64,000 bases of DNA from an uncultured Alphaproteobacteria bacterium. GTDB lineage: Bacteria; Pseudomonadota; Alphaproteobacteria; CAAHEQ01; UBA3637. This document shows positions 1 through 9,325 of the stretch, in pieces. Made by a program: the position numbers and the translations under genes. Each line of letters starts with the position of its first letter. The first letter of the stretch is position 1. The notes under the pieces are model-generated. The model was not told the origin of the DNA. It ran no database searches and worked only from the letters and a program-made list of their open reading frames with translations. Location: NCBI GenBank assembly GCA_944393195.1, contig CALXZG010000003.1, forward strand, positions 35,223 to 99,222, read 5' to 3'.

Positions 1-729
1 TAGAAAGTTGGTCCATTGGTTATCCGAGATATTTTTCACCGAGATATTTTGCGGGAAATAGTTCGTGGTACTTTGCGCCCCCGTAATTAAAGTCAGGTTG
101 GGGAGCGGGTTATAGGTAATATAACCGCCGACACCGCCGGTCGGATAGGCTTTGGTCATATTCTTGGCCAAAGAAAAGTTATTAAAGTAGTAAAGCGGTT
201 TGGATTTATAGGAGGCTTTACCGAAGGAGCCGATCAGAAATTGACCGGCAGACAGGCTGAAATTTTTCAGCTTGCCGGGCAGGCGGTGTGTATATGTCAG
301 GCGTTTGAAGTATTCGCGGCGCAGAGCGTCGTCGTTAATCGGTTCGACAATCCCGACGCGTTGTCCTAACTTTGTCGCATCCAAATGAGAATAATTGATG
401 TCTTCGTACAGAAGTTGGATAGAACCGGAACCCCATGTGTCGGAAGAAAACATATCCCAGCCGGCTTCAATTTCGTATTTATCCCGAAAGGCGGTGTTTT
501 CTCCGTTCGGGGCAGCACGTTGTGCCATAAAACCGGCACGAATCCGATAATCAAAACCGTATTTGTTGTGCAGATTTGCTTTCCAGTTTGTATATGTTTG
601 CGGCTTTTCCGACAGATTTGTCCAAATATCGGCGGGGGCGGCTTCATGTGCGGCGGCCGTTTGGGACAGGCCGAAAGAAAGTCCGGCCACAATAACCGTT
701 ACCGCGCAGCGGGAGAATGTTTTTTGCAT
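1..729 (-). CDS. Outer-membrane porin-like beta-barrel protein, N-terminal 243 codons (3' end lies outside the window)
   Basis: My own minus-strand translation from the ATG at 729 gives MQKTFSRCAVTVIVAGLSFGLSQTAAAHEAAPADIW..., a signal peptide. A Tyr/Gly/Asn-rich sequence follows. I checked every in-frame triplet down to position 1 and found no stop. It is absent from the ORF track because it has no stop in the window. Confidence 0.55.
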   Translation of the reverse strand, partial: MQKTFSRCAVTVIVAGLSFGLSQTAAAHEAAPADIWTNLSEKPQTYTNWKANLHNKYGFDYRIRAGFMAQRAAPNGENTAFRDKYEIEAGWDMFSSDTWGSGSIQLLYEDINYSHLDATKLGQRVGIVEPINDDALRREYFKRLTYTHRLPGKLKNFSLSAGQFLIGSFGKASYKSKPLYYFNNFSLAKNMTKAYPTGGVGGYITYNPLPNLTLITGAQSTTNYFPQNISVKNISDNQWTNFL

Positions 730-741
730 TAGTGTATCCTT

Positions 742-2358
742 TTAATCCAGTGTGTATTCGGTATCCGTGACGTATGGGTTGAAGCGTTCGACACGGTAGA
801 CCGTGTTATTGATCATCCCATCCGTTTCGGCTTCAAAAACAACGGTACCGTCCTTGACCTCAATAATTTTAGCAAAGGATTTGGCGGGTTGTTTGGCCGG
901 GTTTAAAGACGCTTCGACGCTTTGGATTGTTTCATCCCGATCCGCAACGATGTCCCCGAAGTTCATCAGGTAATGGCCTTCGGCAAATTTATCCACGTCC
1001 CCGAGGTAATGATTATACAGTTCGGGACCGCGTTTATATTGCCAATGAACGGAAACGGTCATGTCGGCTTCGTTGACTTGGAATTCAACGCCGCGTGACC
1101 AGCTGTTACCGGGGGTGTAATCGTCTATTGGGCCGTTGGTTCCTTTATCATAAATATCGCGATAGAGGCCGTTATCGAGGACGGTAAAGCGGTTGTTTCC
1201 TTGCGGTTTGGCGGCATGAGCGCCGTAGATGTAGTCAAAATCCGGCGTTGTCGGTTTAAGCAATTTGGCACGCATTTTGTCGGGAATCCAAGGGTTGTTC
1301 GGGTTCGCCAGAATCCATTTAACGGTCTTTGTTTTCCGATCGATTTTGAGCAGGAAGTTAAAGAAGCGCGCCGTCATAATCAGGCTATCGTCCGACGGAT
1401 CGTAATTCAATGAATTGAGGTGCATGGCGTCCATTTTGGCACGGCTGTAATTATCTTTATAGAGGTAATGTTCCAATGTTCGGGGAATGCGTTCGTTTTC
1501 CACACCTAGGATAGCGTCGACATCAAAGCGATCGACGACTTGGTTATCCGGTGTTAATTCGACGACGGTGTCGGCAATGGTTGATTTACCGGTTGCGTTG
1601 ACAAGAGCCAGATAGTTGCCGTTCGGCAGTTTGACGATATCGTGTTGGATATCGTCTTCGGCCTGAATCTTATGATGGATGCGGCCGAGCAAATCCAATT
1701 CATACAAGGAGTGGTATGCGACGGTATATTTAGCGTCGTGTTCTTCCGATCCCATGAGCAATGTTCCGTTCGGTAAAACGTGGAGCGGGGACATTTTTCC
1801 CATAATCGGGTCGGTTAAAACCCAGCGCACGTCGCCGTTTTTATCGAAAGCAAAAGCAAAGCTGCCCGGATTGACGATCACGCCGGGGGTAACGAATGTC
1901 AGGCCGGGTTTCATTTCGGACGGAACCGCTTTCAAAATGGTTACTTTGGTTTTCAATGGAATTTGTTCCGTTGTGATTGTCAGCGGGATATTTTGTGTTC
2001 CCCGATTCGATGAAATATGCAGGGTGACTTTATTTTCCCCTTCATACAGGCCGTAGACGGGGATAATATGTTGTTGGGAGATTGTTTTAAATTGATGGGA
2101 AATGGTTGTATCCGCATCTTTGCCCGCGACCGTAATCCCGACGGATGACGGAGTCGGTGTTGTAAAGGAGATTAGTGCCGTTAACGGAGAAATACCGTAA
2201 GGATTGACGAGAATCAACGGATGTTCCGCGGTATAGCCGGTTTGTTGTAATTCGGCCGCGATGTTGGCATTCATTTCCCGTTGATCGGAAATATAATCGG
2301 CGGAAACGGGAGCCGTCCAAATCAAGGTGGTTAGCAGCAAAAGGGTTGTGTATTTCAT
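742..2358 (-). CDS. Aryl-sulfate sulfotransferase (ASST family), secreted
   Basis: 538-aa ORF with an N-terminal signal peptide. Its length and motifs (NGNYLAL, MHLNSLNYDPSDDSLI, YGAHAA) resemble periplasmic arylsulfotransferases. Confidence 0.75.
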   Translation of the reverse strand: MKYTTLLLLTTLIWTAPVSADYISDQREMNANIAAELQQTGYTAEHPLILVNPYGISPLTALISFTTPTPSSVGITVAGKDADTTISHQFKTISQQHIIPVYGLYEGENKVTLHISSNRGTQNIPLTITTEQIPLKTKVTILKAVPSEMKPGLTFVTPGVIVNPGSFAFAFDKNGDVRWVLTDPIMGKMSPLHVLPNGTLLMGSEEHDAKYTVAYHSLYELDLLGRIHHKIQAEDDIQHDIVKLPNGNYLALVNATGKSTIADTVVELTPDNQVVDRFDVDAILGVENERIPRTLEHYLYKDNYSRAKMDAMHLNSLNYDPSDDSLIMTARFFNFLLKIDRKTKTVKWILANPNNPWIPDKMRAKLLKPTTPDFDYIYGAHAAKPQGNNRFTVLDNGLYRDIYDKGTNGPIDDYTPGNSWSRGVEFQVNEADMTVSVHWQYKRGPELYNHYLGDVDKFAEGHYLMNFGDIVADRDETIQSVEASLNPAKQPAKSFAKIIEVKDGTVVFEAETDGMINNTVYRVERFNPYVTDTEYTLD

Positions 2359-2823
2359 TTATTCCTCCACGGGTTTTTGTTGGTACAAAAGGGTTAAGTT
2401 TTGGGTTGCATCCTTGGGAACTTCAAAAATAACGGTTCCTTTACGGGTGCCCAATTTAATTTTCAGGCGGGTCATCGGGACGATGTTATAATCCACCAAA
2501 AAAGTATCGTCGGGGAGACGGTTTAAAACGGTATTACCGGCTTTTAATTGAATAGCGGCGGCATTGAAAGCAGGGGCATCCTGATCAACACGAACGGCCG
2601 TTATCGGAACAAGGACGTAAACGTGTTCCGGTGTCGGTTTTTGTTCGATATGGTGAAGCATGATATCACCGGTGTATGTTTCAACCTCTTGCTCCAAGGA
2701 CAATTCGGGGCGGATATCAAAAGCACCGGGGCGAATATCCCAGCCGTCAATAACGGTAGCGGAAGCGGCGGATGATATCAAGAAGCAACAAAACATCATA
2801 ATTTTGGTTAAATGAAAAGGCAT
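2359..2823 (-). CDS. Hypothetical exported protein, cotranscribed with the sulfotransferase
   Basis: 154-aa ORF with a signal peptide (FLISSAASA). Its stop directly abuts the start of the downstream ORF. Confidence 0.6.
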   Translation of the reverse strand: MPFHLTKIMMFCCFLISSAASATVIDGWDIRPGAFDIRPELSLEQEVETYTGDIMLHHIEQKPTPEHVYVLVPITAVRVDQDAPAFNAAAIQLKAGNTVLNRLPDDTFLVDYNIVPMTRLKIKLGTRKGTVIFEVPKDATQNLTLLYQQKPVEE

Positions 2824-3025
2824 TTGTTCCTGCTTTCAGTTAAGATATGTTCCATTACATCGTAATCCGATAGAAAATGCAAGATTTTTTTATGGCTTGG
2901 GGTGTTATGTTGAAAATAGTGGGGTGCTTTGTTGGTCACATTGTGTCAAAAGCGGGAGGGATTTATTGACGGAAAGCTTGTTTTTCCAATAAAAGGGCGT
3001 ATAGTAGAAAAAAAGGAGAGAGGCA

Positions 3026-3325
3026 ATGTCAGATACGGATTTAGCCTATGCTATTTTATCTGTGGTTGAAGAGGTGCCGGCGGGTAAGGTGGCGACTTAT
3101 GGACAGATTGCACGATTAATCGGACGACCGAAAAATGCCCGGCTGGTCGGTCAGATTTTACATCGTTCCCAGTTATATGGTGAATATCCATGTCATCGGA
3201 TTGTCAATCATAATGGGCGGTTGGTTCCCGGTTGGGAGGAGCAAGCCGATTTGTTGGCGGCGGAGGGCGTTGTCATGAAAGATCCCTTCCACGTTGATTT
3301 AAAGGCGTGTTTATGGGATGAGTAG
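3026..3325 (+). CDS. MGMT-family DNA-binding protein (methylated-DNA-protein-cysteine methyltransferase C-terminal domain only, YbaZ-like)
   Basis: 99 aa with GKVATYGQIA and PCHRIV motifs. AGGAGA Shine-Dalgarno upstream. Confidence 0.8.
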   Translation: MSDTDLAYAILSVVEEVPAGKVATYGQIARLIGRPKNARLVGQILHRSQLYGEYPCHRIVNHNGRLVPGWEEQADLLAAEGVVMKDPFHVDLKACLWDE

Positions 3326-3501
3326 GGGGGAAACAAAATGTGTCGGTATCGGTGGCCGATGTATGTTGCGTGAATCCGTTCATTAAACAAGGGGCGTTTT
3401 CGTTTTGAGAGTGTTTTAATTGTTTTTTTACCAAATAAAAGATGCGTTTTAAAAACATCTTTTATTTCAATATGTTATTTAAAACAGTGCAACGGTTTAA
3501 T

Positions 3502-3638
3502 GTACATTAAATTGTTACACTATTTATAACATAGTATGATTTATAATGCAAATTCTTTTTTGTTAATAATTAATTAGTTGTCGTTTTGTCATTTTTTTGT
3601 CCAAAATGTAACACAAAAAGGTACATTAAGTTGTTACA
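3502..3638 (+). promoter_or_regulatory. Two copies of an 18-nt motif, GTACATTAA(A/G)TTGTTACA, in the AT-rich leader of the lipoprotein gene
   Basis: Copies at 3502-3519 and 3621-3638 differ at one base. The second copy lies beside TGTAACA (3607-3613), which is the reverse complement of its TGTTACA end. The start codon is at 3660. Confidence 0.35.
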
Positions 3639-3659
3639 GTTTAGTAAAAGGAGAAAAAA

Positions 3660-4193
3660 ATGAAACAAACGATAGCGACTATTTTTGTATTGGCGCTTTT
3701 GGCGGGGTGTTCACCCTATCATCGCGGAGTAGAAAGTATGAATTTCAAACATACGGACATTCAAGTTCGTCCGTTGGAGGCGCATGTTCGTGTGGGCGAG
3801 CGCATTCAGGGTCGGGCAAAATGTAAGAGTTTGTTTGGAATTCCTTTGCAATCGCCGGCCAAAGAGGCTTATGGTGCAGAATTGCAAACAACCGAGGGAA
3901 ATATTGCCCCAAATGAATGCACAAGGGGTGCTATTTATGAAGCCATCAGTAGGTCGCATGCAGATATTATTGTGGCGCCACAATATGTTGTAGATGGATT
4001 TAATTTTTTGTGTCTTTTCGGTACGAGTGCCTGTTTATATAAGAGTTCCGATATTGTTGTGACCGGATATAAGGGAGTGTATTACGGACTTAAAGATATG
4101 GATGAAGATGTTGTGCGGGAGCGTTATAAAAATCAACCGATTGAAAATAAATCAAGTGGATTTGCTTCGGGTATGATTTCACTTATCAAATAA
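3660..4193 (+). CDS. Hypothetical lipoprotein
   Basis: 177 aa with lipobox LLAGC. AAGGAG Shine-Dalgarno upstream and an intrinsic terminator downstream. Confidence 0.7.
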   Translation: MKQTIATIFVLALLAGCSPYHRGVESMNFKHTDIQVRPLEAHVRVGERIQGRAKCKSLFGIPLQSPAKEAYGAELQTTEGNIAPNECTRGAIYEAISRSHADIIVAPQYVVDGFNFLCLFGTSACLYKSSDIVVTGYKGVYYGLKDMDEDVVRERYKNQPIENKSSGFASGMISLIK

Positions 4194-4236
4194 ACCATCC
4201 ATTTCATCATCGGTGAAATTCTTCTAACGTTTTTTA

Positions 4237-4265
4237 AGCCCCGTATCAAGCGGGGCTGTTTTTTA
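4237..4265 (+). terminator. Rho-independent terminator
   Basis: Hairpin AGCCCCG-tatcaag-CGGGGCT followed by a T-run. Confidence 0.8.
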
Positions 4266-4376
4266 ATAGAGTTCGGCGTTATGTTCGCGGTTTAAACCGC
4301 TCCCGTCCGAACATGGGTTCGTCCGCCTCAACCCTGACCATAAAAAAACCGTCCATAAAGGACGGTGTTTTTTAAA

Positions 4377-4496
4377 TGGTGAGCGCGGAGGATTGTCAAT
4401 TGCGAGGCAATTTATCCTTCACTAACGTTCAGGACCGCCTCCGGCGTCTACTCCGCTGACGCTTCGTGAACGAACCCAGGGCCACCTGATTAAAAG
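4377..4496 (-). pseudogene. Decayed 3' half of tRNA-Lys (anticodon loop to CCA) interrupted inside the T-arm
   Basis: 4471-4496 matches the intact tRNA-Lys segment 8254-8279 over 26 nt. 4377-4387 (tggtgagcgcg) matches its 3' end. About 83 unrelated nt sit between them where the T-loop should be. No 5' half is present. Confidence 0.7.
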
Positions 4497-4560
4497 AAGA
4501 TTATCATAAGTGTCATAAAAAATCACAAATGATAATGAATGACTTGATTTTATTAAATAA

Positions 4561-4851
4561 TTATATTATTATACCGTTATACATCATAACAAAAAAGCCC
4601 GTAAAATCATCTGAAAAAGCGGGACAGGAGCGGGACAAAATGGTTTGTTGGTTGAAAACAAAATACACGGGTGTGCGATACCTTGGCGCATATTTTTTCC
4701 ATGAGTCAATCGCTTTTTGTGCACTGAGAGGAAGAGGGTTTCTCCCAACCCAGACATAATGAATTCGGTGTGGAATCGGAGTGGGGCGAATGAGAAATAC
4801 TCCTGATACAAGTGTTATGATGATCATTAAAAACAGTGTTAATTTCTTCAT
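4561..4851 (-). pseudogene. Probable N-terminal remnant of a GT32/DXD-type glycosyltransferase
   Basis: The 96-aa ORF starts with a TM helix followed by IHYVWVG...P...AIDSWKKYAP, typical of the start of Gly_transf_sug-type enzymes. It then diverges and stops before any DXD motif. Confidence 0.4.
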
Positions 4852-5110
4852 TTCTTACTCTGAATCATAAAGTTTATAATAAGGGTTACATATTTCTATC
4901 ATACCTATTGAGTGTTGTTATATACTACAACTTCCTTGATAAAGTCAAAAAATAATACCACTGTTTCTAATCCCCAAAGATTGCCCAAATTGGTAGGGTA
5001 AAAAGATTTGTATGGAAAATGGAAATTGATGTATGCTATACAAACGATGCTATCACAGTGATGACTAATTGGCAATCGTTTTTTGAATGTTGTTTAAATG
5101 ATTCGGACAA

Positions 5111-7837
5111 TCAAAAATAATAAATCCCTTTGATTGAACCGATGTAATTTTGATAGCGGTGGCGAAAGGCAGCCTCTGCACCTAAGCGACATTCAAATTG
5201 AGACCCAAAGCGAGCGGTTAATCCCAGCGATAAATCGGCTTGCCACGGAGATAGCTTTTGGCCGGAAAGAGTATAGGTCCGTGCATTGTTTAAAATAACG
5301 CGACTGTTGTCTTTGTCAGAGGATAAATCGTAAGAGGCTCCGACTTCAAAAGACGGAATAATGGTCGTGTCCGATGTGGGTTTCCAACTTCTTTCAATGG
5401 AAAGTTTTGTAAAACCTGTTAAAAAATGAAGGTTGTTGGCAAGAATCTTTTGAGTCGCACTATCGGTTGATGTTCGGCGACGAATGAACGCATATTGTAG
5501 TCCGATTTTCGGCGTTACCATCCATTGTGATGGCGTGAAAACATATCCGATATCACTACGAATACCAGTTGTATAGGCTGATGGACGATTTATGACTTGA
5601 TATCCTCCGACATCTTTATTTTCTTTTAGGCGGCTATAAAAGAAAGAAAGCTTTGTGTTCCAGATGAAATTATTGGGTGTGTAAGATGTGTAAAAACCAA
5701 AACCATGTGTCGGTGTTTGAATACTTCTTAAGTGATCTTTTAGTCGATTGAATTGGTATAAATAGGCGGCTCCTACTGTCCAGTCATTTTTAATGTACTC
5801 TGCCCCGAATCCAATGCCGTATCCATAGATATGAAGTTCAGGGTAGGCCGTCGTTGCATCCAGACGGGATCCTGAACCAAAGGTGTCAGCCCACAAAATT
5901 CCTTGACCGCTACGGTATTCTTGGCGATTAGATCTATCCGTCATTTTTTGAAAATGATCAAGATAGGAAAGACCGAGAACTTGTAAAAGCGGAGCCGCAG
6001 AGGGAGCTAATGCCGTTAAAGCTTGAACATACTCATCACCGTTGTTTTGGACTAACATATCCAACTCTTCATAGATTGCATGCGCTGTCCCTGATTGCGT
6101 GGGAGAGGGATCTGTTTGCCACGCTGTTGCCGTGTTCTGGTTGTTTTGTGTGCCTCCGGATTTTTCAATTACATCTCGATAGGTCTGGCTTTGCTTTACC
6201 TCGTACCAACCGTCTCCCAATTTTGTGAATGTATACAAATTGTTCTCTATATTGGGCGAAAAGGCATCAATGAAGCTCTGCGTACTTTGTAACAAATGAA
6301 AAGAAAGAGAAGAATTTGATCCTAATACCGTGTTGGAGAGAGTAACTTTTAGCTTTGCTCCGGGTGTAATCGAAATCGAATCGGCGGTTAAAAATCCATA
6401 AGATGTACTGTCTTGAATGGTTAATGCTAAAACAGAGTTGGCGTCAAAAACGGCGTTTCCAACGGTGGCTTTTGTGCTTCCAATGTCCAGTGTTCCGTTT
6501 TCTACCGTTAACGAAGAGGCATTGAAAAAAGTGCCGTTGTCTTGAACTTGAGTAAGGCCGTCTGCAATAACGACCGAGCCGGTATAATCACTCATATCAG
6601 CGTTGAGTGAAATTGTTCCTCCGGTCGGAACATTCTCGCCGTTAATGACGTAGGGGCGATTGATAAATATATTGCCGGATCCGGTAATCGGGTCATTAAA
6701 TATCACGGCTTGATCGGGAGAGGCATTTAAATTTAAAACGCCGTTTGTGGAAATTGCATTCGGTGCTCCGTTGGCGGTATTCTCGGAAAATAAAACATCA
6801 CTGTTTTCTGCTACAATCGTCAAAACACCAGAGTTAAAAATAGCACCTCCATCCCCGCCTGCCGTGTTCTGTGTCAGGATACTATCTACAAGATACAAAA
6901 CATCATTATTATAAATGGCTCCACCATAGAAAATAGCTGAATTATTCGTAAAAGAGGCATTCTTGACAAGTGCATACATATCATCGCCCAACATACCGAC
7001 ATTGCCAATTGCTCCGCCATCAAACCCACTGTTGCTTATAAAAGTGGCATTATCAATCTCTAGTGTACCGCTGTTATAGATGGCTCCGATATCGGTTGAA
7101 GATGAGTTGTTTTCAAAATAGACATTTTTCAGTGTTGCCGTCGTCGCACTGTAAAGAGCCGAACCACTGGATCCTGTGTTTGAAATAAAACTAGCCGTAT
7201 CAATCGATACAGTTCCATCGTTAAAAAGGGCTCCGCCGTAACGATAGGACGTGTTGTTTTCAAAAAAAACATTGCTGAATGACGCCGTTGTCCCGAAGTC
7301 ACTGCTTAAAACACCGCCATTTCCCAAAGACGCTTTATTCCCTTGAAAAGCACTATCCGATACACTTAATGTAGCATTGTTTGTCAGAGAAAAGACCCCG
7401 CCGCCGCGGGAGGCTGTGTTGTTTGTAAAGGCTGAACTTGAAACTGATAGAGTTCCGCCACCATTTTGAAAAACGCCGCCACTTGGCGATTGGACAAATC
7501 CGGTATAGGCCGTGTTGATAGAGGCTGTTTTATCCAAAACGGAAAAACTTCCTCCGTTTGTGAGAGAAAGGGTTTGATCGGACAAAAGAATAAATCCGTT
7601 CATGCTGTTTCCTAAAAAACCGAAAGATGAACCGTCTATGTTTGTAACAGATGAGCCGGGACGTCCGATGGTTGTGTCGGCACTTAAAGTACCTGTGATT
7701 GTCAGATTATTTTCGGGTGCTTCGTATGACTTATATGCGGCGTAAAAGGAGTCATAATCAGAAACGTCTGTTGCTGCCGCAGAAAAAGCCGGAACGAGAG
7801 AGACTATCAGAACAAATCTTTGAAAGGTATTTAACAT
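5111..7837 (-). CDS. Autotransporter adhesin with Pmp-type (GGAI / FxxN) passenger repeats and a C-terminal beta-barrel
   Basis: 908 aa with a signal peptide. Repeats include FTNNTA/FQGNKA/FENNTS/FISNTG/FENNSS/FTNNSA and GGAIYN/GGAIGN/GGAIFN. The Tyr/Gly/Phe-rich C-terminal third ends in ...IKGIYYF. Confidence 0.85.
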   Translation of the reverse strand: MLNTFQRFVLIVSLVPAFSAAATDVSDYDSFYAAYKSYEAPENNLTITGTLSADTTIGRPGSSVTNIDGSSFGFLGNSMNGFILLSDQTLSLTNGGSFSVLDKTASINTAYTGFVQSPSGGVFQNGGGTLSVSSSAFTNNTASRGGGVFSLTNNATLSVSDSAFQGNKASLGNGGVLSSDFGTTASFSNVFFENNTSYRYGGALFNDGTVSIDTASFISNTGSSGSALYSATTATLKNVYFENNSSSTDIGAIYNSGTLEIDNATFISNSGFDGGAIGNVGMLGDDMYALVKNASFTNNSAIFYGGAIYNNDVLYLVDSILTQNTAGGDGGAIFNSGVLTIVAENSDVLFSENTANGAPNAISTNGVLNLNASPDQAVIFNDPITGSGNIFINRPYVINGENVPTGGTISLNADMSDYTGSVVIADGLTQVQDNGTFFNASSLTVENGTLDIGSTKATVGNAVFDANSVLALTIQDSTSYGFLTADSISITPGAKLKVTLSNTVLGSNSSLSFHLLQSTQSFIDAFSPNIENNLYTFTKLGDGWYEVKQSQTYRDVIEKSGGTQNNQNTATAWQTDPSPTQSGTAHAIYEELDMLVQNNGDEYVQALTALAPSAAPLLQVLGLSYLDHFQKMTDRSNRQEYRSGQGILWADTFGSGSRLDATTAYPELHIYGYGIGFGAEYIKNDWTVGAAYLYQFNRLKDHLRSIQTPTHGFGFYTSYTPNNFIWNTKLSFFYSRLKENKDVGGYQVINRPSAYTTGIRSDIGYVFTPSQWMVTPKIGLQYAFIRRRTSTDSATQKILANNLHFLTGFTKLSIERSWKPTSDTTIIPSFEVGASYDLSSDKDNSRVILNNARTYTLSGQKLSPWQADLSLGLTARFGSQFECRLGAEAAFRHRYQNYIGSIKGIYYF

Positions 7838-8042
7838 AATGACTCATTATTCCACTTTTAATGATGTAACTTATGTATGGTTTCGTAAAAGGGAATTCAA
7901 GAGAAAAATAAGCCGAAAATCATAGACTTTGGTCTTATTAAGGCGATTGTTTTTATTTGTTTCTGTGATGACGTCCGAATAAAAATGACACTCGTTGAAT
8001 TGGTGATACAAAAAAAACCGCCCAAACGGACGGTTCTGAAAA

Positions 8043-8061
8043 TGGTGAGCGCGCTGGGATT
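8043..8061 (-). repeat. 19-nt copy of the tRNA-Lys 3' end (att-like scar)
   Basis: tggtgagcgcgctgggatt is identical to 8234-8252. As at the intact gene, a terminator-like hairpin precedes it (aaaaaaaccgcccaaacggacgg). Confidence 0.7.
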
Positions 8062-8233
8062 GGGTATTCCCAAATATGAGCACATATTTGGGGCCCTTTC
8101 GCATCGTAAGATTCAACTGCGTTTTTTAGAAAAACTTGTTTCATCAACTAGCTGCTCGAACCGATTGGGTTCTCGACCCCTGCGCATATCACATCTATAA
8201 AAAAACCGTCCTGACGGACGGTGTTTTTATAAA

Positions 8234-8309
8234 TGGTGAGCGCGCTGGGATTCGAACCCAGGGCCACCTGATTAAAAGTCAGGTGCTCTACCAGCTGAGC
8301 TACGCACTC
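8234..8309 (-). tRNA. tRNA-Lys (anticodon UUU)
   Basis: The reverse complement GAGTGCGTAGCTCAGCTGGTAGAGCACCTGACTTTTAATCAGGTGGCCCTGGGTTCGAATCCCAGCGCGCTCACCA folds as a cloverleaf with a 7-bp acceptor stem. The anticodon loop is CTTTTAA, CCA is encoded, and a terminator hairpin lies downstream. Confidence 0.95.
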
Positions 8310-8528
8310 ATGCTCTAACGGATGAGGAGTATAGCAAAGTTCGTTCGGGTTGTCAAGTACTTTTTGCGGTATCGATTATTTTTTATTATAGGGGTACCAA
8401 AAAGGGATGAAATGTATCGGAGAAGGTGGGTGTCGGCAATTCAAATAGGAGGGGTGGGTGCTTTCTTTTTTTATTGCAATTTAAAACAAAGGGCGGTAGA
8501 ATGAGCGCAACAGCGAAAGGAGTCCGGT

Positions 8529-9314
8529 GTGCGGATGGAGTTATCTTTTATCAATAAATTGGGGCGGGTTGTCCTGAACTTTTTTGAGGCGACGGGACGG
8601 CTTGGTATTTTTTGCGGACAGACGATTTATCATTGTGTGACGCCGCCTTTTTACCTGAAATCTTTGGGACGGCAATTAATTGAAATCGGATTTTATTCGT
8701 TGCCGGTGGTGGCTTTGACGACGTTGTTTTCCGGTATGGTAATTGCCTTACAGACCTACACGGGATTTTCCCAATTTTCCGCGGAAGGCGCGGTGGCTAT
8801 GGTGGTGTTGGTGGCCGTGACGCGGGAATTGGCGCCGGTTATGGCGGGCTTAATGGTTGCGGGACGTATCGGTGCGGCGATGGCGGCGGAAATCGGAACG
8901 ATGCGCGTGACGGAGCAGATTGATGCGCTATCGACTTTATCGACGAACCCATTTAAATATTTGATTGCGCCGCGGGTTGTGGCCGGTGTTTTAATGTTGC
9001 CGGTTTTGGTTCTTATCGGTGATGTCATCGGTATTTGTGGCGGGTACATGATTGGTGTGTACAAATTGGAGTTTAATGCGACGACGTATTTGGTCAACAC
9101 ATGGCAATATTTAAAGCCGATGGATATTATATCGGGCTTAACAAAAGCCGGCGTTTTCGGTTTTATCATTACGTTATTGGGATGTTATAACGGGTTTCAA
9201 TCGAAAGGCGGGGCGCAGGGCGTCGGGCAGGCAACCACGAATGCGGTGGTATCGGCCAGTATTTTGATTTTAATATTCAACTATATTTTAACCGAAGTTT
9301 TCTTTAATGCATAA
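8529..9314 (+). CDS. mlaE: Phospholipid ABC transporter permease MlaE
   Basis: 261 aa, multi-TM, with motifs RELAPVMAGLMVAGRIGAAMAAEIGTMRVTEQIDAL. GTG start at 8529 (an ATG at 8535 is also possible). Confidence 0.9.
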   Translation: MRMELSFINKLGRVVLNFFEATGRLGIFCGQTIYHCVTPPFYLKSLGRQLIEIGFYSLPVVALTTLFSGMVIALQTYTGFSQFSAEGAVAMVVLVAVTRELAPVMAGLMVAGRIGAAMAAEIGTMRVTEQIDALSTLSTNPFKYLIAPRVVAGVLMLPVLVLIGDVIGICGGYMIGVYKLEFNATTYLVNTWQYLKPMDIISGLTKAGVFGFIITLLGCYNGFQSKGGAQGVGQATTNAVVSASILILIFNYILTEVFFNA

Positions 9315-9325
9315 GGAGGCGTCAA

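Noticed and set aside
8322-8504. 60-aa ORF between tRNA-Lys and mlaE, and small ORFs at 7871-8200
   Set aside because: They have no Shine-Dalgarno, odd composition, and overlap tRNA-derived repeat or terminator sequence. This is most likely non-coding promoter and att-scar DNA.
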